NCBI GenBank assembly: GCA_051294375.1
Contig: JBJCIZ010000028.1
Location: 806,437 to 870,436 of the forward strand
Length of the DNA stretch: 64,000 bases
Origin: Paraspadella gotoi
Lineage: Eukaryota > Animalia > Chaetognatha
Direction of reading: 5' to 3'
Position numbers and translations under genes: made by a program. The notes under the pieces were generated by a model, which saw only the letters and a program-made list of their open reading frames with translations, was not told the origin of the DNA and searched no databases. This document shows positions 37,401 through 53,116 of the stretch, in pieces; position 1 is the stretch's first letter, and every line of letters begins with the position of its first letter.

Positions 37401-39619
37401 GGCAGATTTAATATTCAATAAGAAACGCGGAGCTGAAAGTGCTTTAACCTTGTTACGAAATTACCTAACTACGTAAATAAATTAAGCATTCGTAATTACA
37501 AGGTACATATATAATCTAATACAGAAGAACAAGTATTATAATTTTGCAATTAAACCGTAATGTTGCTTCAACTCGAGCATTTTCGAGTTTTTTTAAATCA
37601 GCTATGATAACAGTGATCATGTTTTGTTCCAATTTCACTCTCCAAAATCCAGTATCAACTAATTACAAATTAGTAACTTGTAATTGCTTTAATCCACTCA
37701 CCCCTTCCCCCCCCAACAGTTTCCTCGCACGATCGACTTTCTCTCTTTCCTCTGCCTCCGCGGAACGCCGGCGCTTCCGCCCATCTCCAACTCTCTCTTC
37801 GACACTCGCGGCTCCGAGCTCTCGCTCCCGTCGGGACAGCAGAATCCGCCACAGCCGCAGCAGCGTCGGGCTCGAAAGCCGCGGGCCTCGATCGACGACG
37901 CGGAAAACCCGGTCATCTCAGGGGCTCAAAACGTAAGATATTATTACATCAATACGTGCTAAACATTTTTTTAAATAACTAAACAAATCAGCATTTTTCT
38001 CCCCCCCCCTTTTTTTTTTACTTCCTCCAGATTCCAATCATCTCCGGAATCGAAGCGACCCTCCTCGATCCTCTCGTCGCGGCCGACCTCCCGTCCGCGG
38101 AGGTCGCTACTCGGGTTCTCCCTTTTCTTCTGCCCGGGAAGCCTCGACTCACACCTCCTCCTCAAACGGCTCGTCCGCTCGATCCTCCCCCTCTTTGGCC
38201 TCGTCGCTTAAAATCTCCCAAGTGCCTCCATCTTTGAAAACTCGCCATCTCCGGAAGTTCTCTTTAGAAGACGACGAAGCCGCCGCTCCCGACGACCCGG
38301 CAACGGCCGCCGCTCCCGACGCCAAGCACACCTACTCCCTCTCCAGCGTTTTCTCCGCGGAGACCGCCTCCGCGACATCTATCGGCGAAGAACCTCAGAC
38401 GGACTACGACGAGATCCACGACACTGTCCGTAACAACAACAACGACGACGACAAGCGAAGAGCATCCATCTTAGGTTCTTTGTCCGCCTCGAACCTGGGA
38501 CCTCTGCGTCGACTCTCTCGACCGGGATCTGTGTCCGAATCTCGAGCAGAAAGACAAGTCGAGTCTTTCTCGCTGCTTTCTTCGTCCTCGTCGCCGCGAG
38601 AGGGGAACAGGGATGGAGAGGGGATCGGGGATGCAGAGGAGATCGGGGAAAAGTTGTCGAGACGGAGAAGCAACAACAACAACGTTGACGGCGAATGCGA
38701 GGACGATAACGACGACGCTTTCGATCCTCCCGAATCAGTGCCTTTAATAAACTCTATCGCCACACCTGATGGCTTCGTCGGAGCAGCAGAGGACGACAGC
38801 GGCGCCGCTTCCAGCGACAGCAGAGCCGCCTTCCCTCCGACCTTCGCTTCCTTTCCCGCCGACGCGTTGGAGGGCGTTCTGGCCGCCCTCGTCGACACGC
38901 CGGAGAAATCGCCGGAAGAGAGGCCGAGACCGCCGCCGGAGCGACCGAAAAAGACTCCGCCGGAAAGGCTCTCTTTCATGGATCTGAAAAAGAGAGTGAC
39001 GGAGACGATGACGGGTGGGCGTGGCTCGACCTGTTCCGAACGAACGGGAGTTCTTTCTCCCGGGTTGGTCATCGAAGACGTCGTTTCTCTAGCCGCGAGA
39101 CGGGGTTCGATAGAGACGAGCCTGAGGAGTGACGGCCTGACCCGCGCCACTCCGAACCACTCCAGCCCGACTCGTACCTCTCCGTTCTACTCCAGCCCGA
39201 AACGTGCCACCCCGTTTTACTCCAGCCCGACACGTACGAGTTCGATCCACTCGAGCCCGACCCGCGCCAGTCCTCGCAAGCGTCGCCTGACCCCTACGGG
39301 CGCCGAGTTCGAAAGAGAACGAAGAGAGAAGGAACGAAAGTTGCTCCGGCGTCGGCGCCGTTACGAGAGGCGGAGGGATTCGACGGGGGACGACGCCCGT
39401 CGGCGCCGAGAGGGATCTCCCGGGTCTTACGGAGCCGGATATTGTCGGAAGGGGAGCCGGTCTCAGCCGATTCTCGGACGAGGGGTTGGAGGAGGCGGAT
39501 CGAGAGTCTCGAGGTGGATGCGGATGGAGAGGGCGTTGAGGATAGCGGGGGAGGAGGAAGCAGGGAATCATGTGGCGGAGGAAGTTCGGTCGGGACGGAA
39601 TCGCGTTCATATCGAGGAG
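34423..39619 (+). CDS. JARID2: JARID2-like PRC2 accessory protein (N-terminal motifs plus long low-complexity regions; 3' end uncertain, tentative exons continue to about 41650-42700)
   Basis: Exons 34423-34576, 34752-34988, 35054-36730, 37076-37299, 37720-37932, 38031-39619. In JARID2 order: UIM-like WAAYEEKQLRRAIKLSLKQ (about 34846), LRAQRKFAS (K116 motif, 37138) and DFLSFLCLRGTPALP (37735). One probable missing C near 37780. Tentative further exons 39995-40275, 40767-40870, 41048-41118, 41549-41649. Confidence 0.8.
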
Positions 39620-40291
39620 GTGAGTGATTTTGATTGATTGATCGATTTGATTAAAAGAATGAATGATTTATTCGAGGAGTAAATGATTTATTGAATGATT
39701 GAACAAATGAGGGGTCGATATGATTGAATGTACGAATAAATGAATATTGAATAACAAATTGGTTTAAGTAACGAATGTTTGATTGAATTGAATACGGATT
39801 ATGTACTTACGATTAAAGGAATAAATGAATGACTGATTAAAAAATGGTTTAAAGAATGAATGATTAAAGAAACGAATGAATGCTTGAAAGAAGATAATTA
39901 TCATTGATTAAATATATTAAATGTACATTTGATTAAACGTAATCAAATTTCCGATTTCCCTCAACTAAAAAAAAAAAAACAAAACAAAAAAAAGTTTCGC
40001 CTCCTGCCCGTGACCGGCGCCACCGGCGCCACCTGTGATCGTCTCTCTCTCGCTCGTCGCTCCGCGTCTCTCTCATCCGTGTCGGTTCTCTCCGTCCTCT
40101 CGGCCTCCAAGGACGACGAGGATCCCTCCTCGGCGCCGCCCTTTCCCAAAATATGGCGCCGGGAGAGAAAGGGCGCCGCGTCGGTGGGCGTGGCGGCGGC
40201 GCGGTCGGGCGCCGCGGCGCCGGCCTCGCCCTCGTCGTCGACGATCGTTTTGGAAAGAGCTCCTTCGAATCGCGGGTGCGTTTATAGGGAT

Positions 40292-40316
40292 TATTTTTGA
40301 GTTTAAAATACTTCAT

Positions 40317-40347
<31 letters not shown>

Positions 40348-40399
40348 AATAATATTTTGAGTTAAAAATACTTTATTAATATTATTATTATTATTATTA

Positions 40400-40439
<40 letters not shown>

Positions 40440-40465
40440 ATTTTGAGTTAAAAATACTTTATTAA

Positions 40466-40499
<34 letters not shown>

Positions 40500-40571
40500 A
40501 TTTTGAGTTAAAAATACTTTATTAATATTATTATTATTATTATTATTAATAATATTTTGAGTTAAAAATAC

Positions 40572-40604
<33 letters not shown>

Positions 40605-40692
40605 AATATTTTGAGTTAAAAATACTTTATTATTATTATTATTATATAATCGCATATATTATTATTAATATTTTGAGTTAAAAATACTTTTA
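40292..40692 (+). repeat. AT-rich minisatellite, unit TTTTGAGTTAAAAATACTTT plus (ATT)n
   Basis: About 7 units of roughly 45-85 bp with variable ATT runs. Confidence 0.9.
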
Positions 40693-41754
40693 TTAATTTT
40701 TTGTATTAATTTTGTTTTTTAAACAAAAAAATCTTCGTGTATCTTCGTAATTTTTTTTTTCATCAGAATCTTGAGTTCGTCGTTGGAATCACTGCCACAC
40801 AGGGAAATCCAGGGAAATTCTCAATTAAAGTTCAAAAATCTGCCGATTCCGATTCTGGATTCAAACGCGGGTGAGACTCGAAATTCCCCCTTCCCAATCT
40901 CTATACGATGATGTAGGCGATATATAATAGAATATACTTATATATGTATAGAATGTACTTATTTGGCGACGAATTGACGAAACGTTCATTCGTCGATATC
41001 AATTTTCATCTTCGACTCTCGTCTAGTTTCGCTTTGTTACGCAACAGGTCCGCCAAATCGGAATCTCTCGCCAAGAACGAAGCGAACGACTGCCAACTTA
41101 CGAAAAATATCAGGGTCGGTAAATTATCTGAATACAGTACGCCTTCGTTAATTATAATTAAAAATAGCTCTTTTTTTGTTTTCAACGAATGACTAGTACT
41201 AGCATATTGCGTTTGTTTNNNNNNNNNNAAAATAGCTCTTTTTTGTTTTCAACGAATGACTAGTACTAGGATATTGCGTTTGTTTTTTAATTTCGCTTCA
41301 TCGGTTGGGGAAGTTAACGTCGTCGTCGGTCATTTTTCATAGAGCTGCACTACCAATAGCAATACCATATGCACTTTTTCATAGAGCTGCACTACCAATA
41401 TGCACTTTTTCGGGATTCGATTGGTCCCGTGTCTTTCTCAACGTACGAATTAGTCTCAAAAGTACCAGTGAACTCGGGATTCCGCAAATCCTCACCTTTT
41501 CGTAAACTTTTATAAATCTCCACGATTTTTGTGAAAGTCTTCAATCAGGCTGACCGTAAATTGGTCGTCTGCCCCTTTGTCCAAAACTTTGTCCTCGACG
41601 ATCCCAATCTCGCTTCGATTCCACTCGAGCGTCGAAACAAAACTGAGAGGTAAAGAGATCCTTGACACGAATCGTGAAAGGAGAGAGGGGAAAGTGTGGG
41701 GTTCGAGTCCCCTCATCGCTTCTCCAATCTTCAGGCTAAAAGGGAAACTTCGTT

Positions 41755-42107
41755 TTCTGTTTTATTCTAATTTTCCTTTTATATTTCTTTTCCCTTTTTT
41801 TCTCTTTTTCTTTTTTTTTCTCTTTTTTTTTCTTTTTTTCTCTTTCTTTTTCTCTTTTTTTTTTTTTCTCTTTTTCTCCTTTTTCTTCTTTCTTTTTCTT
41901 TTTTTTTTTTTTCTTTTTTCTCTTTTTTTTTCTCTTTTTTTCTTTCTTTTTTTTCCGCCCCTCTTTTTCTTTCTTTTTTCTCTTTTTCTCTTTTTCTTTC
42001 TTCTCATTTGAGGCGAGCAATTTTTTTTTCCGCGGTTTCATCGAGGAAGTTTTTGACATCGAATTATTTCTGATCGAGTTTTCGACCGAAGGATCTATTG
42101 TCATTTT

Positions 42108-42155
<48 letters not shown>
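41755..42155 (+). repeat. Polypyrimidine tract (41755-42005) and (CT)n microsatellite (42110-42155)
   Basis: Directly visible low-complexity sequence. Confidence 0.9.
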
Positions 42156-42158
<3 letters not shown>

Positions 42159-43526
42159 CGACTGCGCCCGTCCCCATTGGGTCGACCCCTTATGCGATGT
42201 CGGGTCACCCGTTACGCCTCGATTAAGGATTCGGTTCCATTGATTCTCCCTTCGATTCCATTCGATTCCATCGCCCGTTTTAGTTTTCGGGTTTTTTTCA
42301 CAAATTGTCTTTGGCCATATTTAAATTCATATCAATCGTCGCTTGTTTTGTTTAGTATTTTTCCATCTAGTTATTTAATTAATATTCAACTAATTATAAT
42401 GTAGTTCGTGTTATACCGTAGTTAGATTGTTAATTCTTAGAATCTTTCCGATAAAAAGTATAAATATAAATTATTATTTTGCGAGATGAACATTTATAAT
42501 AAAATATGATAATTAGATGTGACTTAGCTTTTATGTTCACTCAGGTTCTTCTCTCTCCTCTCACTCCGTCGATCCTCACCCGTCACGGGGTTCGCCTCTC
42601 ATCGTCAAACGACGAATTCGCCTTTTCGTCGTAACGCAGACACGGCCGAGACTTTGTCACGCAGTGACGCCGAGACTTTGTCACGCTGTATCGTCCTCGT
42701 GACGACGCGACCCGTGACGAATCAAATATTTTTCCCAGTCACTTCTGGTTTTTCCGATGTCAAAACAAAATACGTATAAACTATCAACGATCGTCAATCC
42801 TCATTTCCAAAGCCTTATTGAAACGAATCACATTTTTTTGGTCGCGCTATCGATTGACTTTATTTAACAAATTTCGATCTCTACACGATAATTTTATTTT
42901 CTAACATTTTTTTTTTGTCACGGCTATTTTTTCAATCGACTGTCGGTTTTTTTTTGTTTTTTTTTCAAAATCGCGCGCGTATCGATGTGCTTGTTTTCTA
43001 AATTATTTTTTTATTTTCACACATTCCAAAAACTCGTTTGGAAAGATTTTTCTAGTTTTTTTTTGTTTTTTTTTCCGTTACCGAGCATTCATGTGCCCTC
43101 TTCCGCTTTTAAATGGACAATAATTTTAAGTTATTCCCCACAACAATCCCCACAACAATCGCCGAACGCGTCTCCCCCTTTCGGTGAAATAGTAGACGGT
43201 AGATATCATTTAAATTATTGCAATTTTTTTAATTAGTGCGACATAAAAGAGCGAGACATAGAGATACTATCTTAAAGACGCCATCTCGTAACCCATATTC
43301 CCAGTACAAATTTCTCCCCACCCCGCCCCCCCCACCCCGTTTTTGTCCCATCTTTAAGACGTAATAAAAATCAGTTATTTACTTTCGCAACGACAGATAA
43401 AAAAAAAAACGAACAAAAAGTAAAACAAAACGATTTATATTATATAAACAAACAAAACTTTTTCGATCTCCGTTCGATCTTTTCTCTGCCAACGACGAAT
43501 CGAGAGAAGAAAAAGATTTCCAAAAA

Positions 43527-46500
43527 ATGTCGGCGCAGCCTCCGCCGCAGCCGCCGCCGACCAACGGCGCCGCGCTCAACGCCAACTACAACTTCACCGA
43601 TTTACCGGAAGGCTTCACCGTCGCCACGAGCGCCCTGCAGCAGAAGGCCAACGACGTGAGGGCGACCAAGATCAACTGGACGAGCTATTTGCAGGTTTGG
43701 GGAGGCGAAAATTTATGCGGAAGTCATCTGTAATTATTTTTTACATGTAATTTATATATTTATTCAATAAATCGATTTTAAACTTAAAATCTCGTGTTAA
43801 GCGATCTGCGATAGATGACCGACCTCCACGTCCGTTATTTGTTGCATAAGCAGATTAGTTTTATTTTAACTAGATCATATTTCATTATATTTTAATTTAT
43901 TACCACAATATGCAAATAGTTTTAGGGAGCAACAGATAAAATGCCAGTCTTTCCTCATGCAAAAGACAATCGCATCACCGCTAATTCAATCCCCCTCCCC
44001 CCCCACCCCCACAGGGTCAAATGATCTCCCGAGGATTACGAGTTCATCACCAAATTGGACAACGCCATCAGGAGCAGCGCCGCCTCATCTGCGAAGAGAG
44101 CAAAGCCCAGTGCGCCGCCACTTCCTCAACCTCCTTGGCTACATCTCCAAGGACGCCACGCTCCAGTACATCCTAACCATGATCGACGATCTCATCGAGG
44201 AAGACTCGTCCAGGTAGGCGGTCGCGGTGTGCCCCGGGTGTCGGTCCTGGGGAGGGTACAGTTGTTGCTTGATTTTCATGTTTACATGCCTCTCCTCGTG
44301 CATAGAATGTTAATTTAATTTATTTAACATTTATTCATTCTATTCGATTTTTAAATTTCATTTGCGATTTAANNNNNNNNNNNNNNNNNNNNNNNNNAAA
44401 CCCTTGCAAATATTCGGGGAAACCAAGGACGCCGGACTTTTTCACTCGTGCAAATGACATAAAATATACAGCGGCGTACATAATAAATTTAAATCGCAAA
44501 TGAAATTTAAAAATCGAATAGAATGAATAAATGTTAAATAAATTAAATTAACATTCTATGCACGAGGAGAGGCATGTAAACATGAAAATAAGCCAACAAC
44601 TGTACCCTCCCAGGACCGACACCCGGGGCACACCGCGACCGCCTACCTGGACGAGTCTTCCTCGATGAGATCGTCGATCATGGTTAGGATGTACTGGAGC
44701 GTGGCGTCCTTGGAGATGTAGCCAAGGAGGTTGAGGAAGTGGCGGCGCACTGGGCTTTGCTCTCTTCGCAGATGAGGCGGCGCTGCTCCTGATTGGCGTT
44801 GTCCAATTTGGTGATGAACTCGTAATCCTCCGGGAGATCATTTGACCCTGTGGGGGTGGGGGGGGGGGGGGGATTGAATTAGCGGTGATGCGATTGTCTT
44901 TTGCATGAGGAAAGACTGGCATTTTATCTGTTGCTCCCTAAAACTATTTGCATATGTGGTAATAAATTAAAATATAATGAAATATGATCTAGTTAAAATA
45001 AAACTAATCTGCTTATGCAACAAATAACGGACGTGGAGGTCGGTCATCTATCGCAGATCGCTTAACACGAGATTTTAAGTTTAAAATCGATTTATTGAAT
45101 AAATATATAAATTACATGTAAATAAATAATTACAGATGACTTCGCATAAATTTTCGCCTCCCCAAACCTGCAATAGCTCGTCCAGTTGATCTTGGTCGCC
45201 CTCACGTCGTTGGCCTTCTGCTGCAGGGCGCTCGTGGCGACGGTGAAGCCTTCGGTAATCGGTGAAGTTGTAGTTGGCGTTGAGCGCGGCGCCGTTGGTC
45301 GCGGCGGCTGCGGCGGAGGCTGCGCCGAACATTTTTTGGGAAATCTTTTTCTTCTCTCGATCGTCGTTGGCAGAGAAAGATCGAACGGAGATCGAAAAAG
45401 TTTTGTTTGTTTATATAATATAAATCGTTTTGTTTTACTTTTGTTCGTTTTTTTTTTTTTATCTGTCGTTGCGAAAGTAAATAACTGATTTTTATTACGT
45501 CTTAAAGATGGGACAAAAACGGGTGGGGGCGGGGTGGGGAGAAATTTGTACTGGGAATATGGGTTACGAGATGGCGTTCTTTAAGATAGATCTCTATGTC
45601 TCGCTCTTTTATGTCGCACTAATTAAAAAAATTGCAATAATTTAAATGATATTACCGTCTACTATTTCACCGAAAGGGGAGACGCGTTCGGCGATTGTTG
45701 TGGGGATTGTTTGGGGAATAACTTAAAATTATTGTCCATTTAAAAGCGGAAGAGGCACATGAATGCTGGTAACGGAAAAAAAAAAAAAAAAAAACTAGAA
45801 ACGCCTTGGGGTTGAGAAGAATGGGCAAATAAATACGTATTTAATCTTTTGCTGCTTTTGGTCATCAATCATCATTGTCTGCGTAGTCTTTGTCATCTTT
45901 GGTTCATTATGAAAAAAAAACTTCATAAAAAAAAAATGTCTCATTGACTAGAAATAGTATCGCTGTTTACAATATATTCTTGTTTAGTAATGAAATAATT
46001 CGCTGTCTAAAAACGTTCTTATGTAGCAGAATAATTTATTTATTTATTTATTTACTTATTCTTCGTAGTTAAACAATTCCCTCCCTTCCTTTCAGAGTGG
46101 AGATTTTCAACGAACACGCAGCGCGATACGCGGAAAAGTCTTGCGCTCCTTTCTTTACCCTCCTCAACCGACAGGACGGATTCATCACCAACCAGGTTTT
46201 CAATATAAAATCTCGTTTTACTTATTATAATAACATTAAATGAACTAACCTTGCAATCAACCACGAACTCGTGATAAATGAGAAATGAGAATAAAATGTT
46301 GACAGTTCTAGGAATCATTCGAAAATGAGAAATGTCCTTCATAAATTTGAATCAAACGGAACGAGATTATCTTGTTAGAATATTATTAATCAAGTATGGA
46401 TGAATATAAATTCCTGCAAATAAAATCATGATACTTTACCCTCCCAGGCGGCGCGCATCATCGCCAAAATCGCCGTACATTCCAAGGACAAAATGTTGGA

Positions 46501-47933
46501 AAAAACTGACTTGCATTATTTCCTCGGTTGGCTCAAGGATCAACTCTTGAATCACAGCAACAACGGGTTTTTGGAGGCGTCTTGCAGATGCTTGCAGATG
46601 TTGTTGCGGCTCGATCCTTACAGGTAGATGTTAGGTTATTATGATTCGTTTTTTTTGAGTTTAACTTTTCATTAAACATCGTTTATTACTATTATTCAGA
46701 CGGGCCTTTGTCGAGGACATGGAGGGCATCGGGACGATCGAAACCGTCCTCAACTTCAAAGTCGGTTTTCAGGTTCGTCACCTCGGCAACAATAAACATT
46801 CAAAGAATAAATTTAAACTTCTTCGATCGCAGGTTCAATATCAGCTGACGTTCTGCCTCTGGTGTTTGACGTTCAATCGCGAGTTGGCCAACAGGATGAC
46901 TCGATACAACCTCATTCCCGTTCTCGCCGACATTCTCGCCGGTGGGGTGGGGGGGAATTTTGTGAATTATTGGATAAGTTTTAATTTGTATTTTTAATTA
47001 ATTTATCTTAACGATATATGACCCGTTTCTAAACAAAGAGTCGGCCAAGGAGAAGGTGACGCGCATCATCCTCGCTCTCTTCCACAATCTTCTCAGCAAT
47101 CCGACGGAGCCAGAGTTGGCCAAGGAGAACGCCCTCGCGATGGTCCAGTGCAAAGTCCTCAAGAACATCGAGCTGTTGGAGAATAGAAAGTTCGAGGTGA
47201 GGTTTTCGAGGGTGGAGGGAAAAGGGGATGGTGTAATAGTACATATAGTAGTAGTAATAGTAGGATAATAGTTTTTATGACCTTAGATAATTCCGTTAAG
47301 TAAATCGACTCGTAGACCGCAGCCTTATTGATGATGTTGATGTTGATGGAGCGACGAATTCGAACAACATTTTAGTTAAAAGTGATAGTGATAGAGTAAT
47401 TTAGTGCGTGAGTTTGTGAGCGAGTAAGTGATTGCGTTCGTGAGTGAATTAGGGAATAAATGAGTAAATGAATGAATGAGATAATGAGTTAGTAAGTGAA
47501 TGAGTGAATTAAAGAGTTAGTTTTACTTAAAGGGGAGCTGTAGATCACCGAAATTCCATTTGACTTTAAGATAAGGAATCACTGACTGAATTTCCTTTAT
47601 CTTCCTTTCCTCCTCCTCCTCCTCCTCCTCCTCCTCCCCAACCTCTTTAAATCCCTAAGGACGACGACATCACCGAAGACATCGTATTCCTGAAGACAGA
47701 GTTGGAGAAATCCTTTCACGATCTCAGCTCCTTCGACGAATACTCGACGGAGGTTAAGTCGGGCCGGCTCGAGTGGAGCCCCGTCCACACCTCGGTCAAA
47801 TTCTGGCGCGAGAACGCGGACAAGCTCAACGACAAAAACTACGAGCTGCTTAAGATCCTCATCCGACTCTTGGAGACGTCGAAAGATCCCTTGATCCTCG
47901 CAGTCGCCAATCACGACATCGGGGAATACGTTA

Positions 47934-47985
<52 letters not shown>

Positions 47986-48434
47986 GTTGTTGAACAGATA
48001 CTTTTAAAGATTTTTCCCCTTACATTATCGTTGTTACACTGTATGTATTTTTAATTTGAAAATATTTATTAATGAAAAATAAGACTATTTTATAGCAAGA
48101 TATGGTATTATTGAGATTAACAATATTTTTTCCCCCTTCTTTCCCTATCATAAAATGAAGGCACTACCCCCGCGGCAAGAACGTGGTGGACAAATTGGGC
48201 GGAAAGCAGATGGTCATGCACCATTTGGCCCACGAGGACCCCAACGTCCGGTACGAGGCCCTCCTCGCCGTGCAGAAGATAATGGTTCACAATTGGGAAT
48301 ATCTCGGAAAGCAGTTGAACCAACCCGCGGCTGGAGGCGGCGGAACCGGTCCGGGCGGCGCTCCCGGCGCCGGAGCCACGCAAAACGGGGAGACGCAGTC
48401 GGCCAAGGGGTCGGCAAATTTAAAAGGGTCTTAG
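43527..48434 (+). CDS. ATP6V1H: V-type proton ATPase subunit H, 9 exons
   Basis: Exons 43527-43694, 44015-44213 (indels), 46096-46195, 46448-46623, 46700-46772, 46833-46941, 47039-47196, 47660-47934, 48161-48434. Motifs [62 protein letters not shown] and [21 protein letters not shown]. Confidence 0.95.
44484..45801 (-). repeat. Near-identical inverted copy of 43049-44372 (ATP6V1H upstream region plus exons 1-2) next to an N-gap
   Basis: The reverse complement matches intron and exon sequence alike, with scattered 1-bp indel differences. It lies beside gap 44373-44397. Confidence 0.92.
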
Positions 48435-49242
48435 GGAAAGAAAAAAAACTTTTGCGAGCGGAAGACTAAATTTATAGTCGTAGTATTTTTCCTTTTTAGT
48501 CGGGGCGGACAACGTTTCTTTACGCCTTTTTTTTCGGGGTCTTTCCTCTGTTTTTTGTTATTTTTTTTTCGTAGTCGATCAAATACTGATAGTTGATTTT
48601 TTTTATTAATCATTAATTATCTCGTTCGCTGGTAATGAAGTTAACCTAACATCACTGACGCTCTCCTTTACGTTCTGCTCGGCTGGATTAATAGGCGCCG
48701 GGCGAATATATTACTACTTGATAGTTGATATATATATATACGAATTTATAACATTTCTTACGAGTTATTGTTTCATTTAGAATTGGTTTTTGCTGGACAA
48801 ATCCCGTTGCTAGTCAATTTAATTTTTTTTCTTTCTTCCTTTCGTGAATTGTGATTATTTTTTGTGATATTACTTAACGCGTGATTAAATCTTTTTCTCG
48901 TGGCGAAATATATTGTCAAATCGGAGTCGAAATCCTTTCGTTCGTCTCCGCGATTTTAATCACCGATATAATTTTAGATCATATTCTATATTTTCACACT
49001 CTAGGGAGGGGGGTCCCGAGATTGCGCGGCATTTAAACTAAAAATTAACCTCGGTTCGTTTTAATCATCAAGTGGTTATATTGGTGACGTTTTTAACCCA
49101 CTTATTCCATATTCCGACTATTATTTTTTTTCTCCATTCAGATCAATTAAAGACAAGAAAAAAGATATTTATAAAAAGATTATATTATATATTTTGGGGG
49201 ATAATAGTAAAATAAAATCGTCGCTTCCGTCCTTTAAAAAAA

Positions 49243-52218
<2,976 letters not shown>

Positions 52219-53116
52219 TCCATTCAGACTCGTGGAAATGTCCATAATCTCTTCGCTCGAATCCGCGCTTAAGACTGACCGACCATCCATCATCTTCCGC
52301 TTAATAAATTTATAAAAGTTTAAAAAGGAATAAACAAATTCTAGTTTATAGTCAGTGTTTTTGGAGTGGGTTTATATTTTGTTTGGAATAACTCTACAAC
52401 TGTTCTATGCTTGCAAGTCATATATACGTACATAAACAGAAAAACAAAGAAAAAATATTATTTTTTACACTACATTCTACATTATACAATAAAAAAAAGT
52501 TTGGATGCGTTGTTATTTTATGGAATATATGTTATCTCAAATGTATATTTTTTAATTATTTTTACGCCTGATGATTGTTGAAAATCTGGGTCAAAATTGA
52601 AAGCTTTTTCTTTCATATATCTGATTGTTTATTGTTATTTTCTTGAAAAAAATATATTTTTCTTTTAATAATCGGTACGATTTACGTAATAGTGTCCCTG
52701 TAAACTAAAATGGTCCTTTCTAAGCTTTTTGATCTTTTGTCAACTTAATAAGAAGGCATATCTTTTCACAATTCCCCAAAATAAAAGAACTTACAACTTC
52801 ATAAATGGGTTTCTCATTTGACCCAGTTTGTCCACTGTCCAGTCATTCTTTAAAATTTAAGCATCTCCTTACTCTTTTGTAAATCGCGGCCGATTCGTGC
52901 TAATTAACAAACCTCGGGTGATCCGCTTTTAGCGAAAAAAAAATCGATTCGTTATTGCGAATCGAACTGTTTTTTTTTTCTTTTCTTTTTGAATCTCACG
53001 CAAATGATTTTTTACCGAGTAGCCTTTAACCTCCCATAGAGAGAAAAAAAAAGCAAAACAAAACAAAACGAAACGAAACAAAAAACACAAACACCCTCCA
53101 CCGTTCCACCACCGTC

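Noticed and set aside
38404-39150. Long antisense ORFs (also 8359-8988 and 35016-35657)
   Set aside because: They are shadow frames of GC-rich sense exons with no independent motifs.
40292-40692. CRISPR-like repeat-spacer appearance
   Set aside because: The spacers are (ATT)n runs, not unique sequences, and the context is eukaryotic.
41161-41290. Direct duplication around the gap (similar cases at 11460-11540 and 55930-56130)
   Set aside because: Overlapping contig ends flanking N-gaps, so an assembly artefact.
41736-42104. Lys/Arg-rich and Phe-rich ORFs
   Set aside because: They are translations of a polypyrimidine tract.
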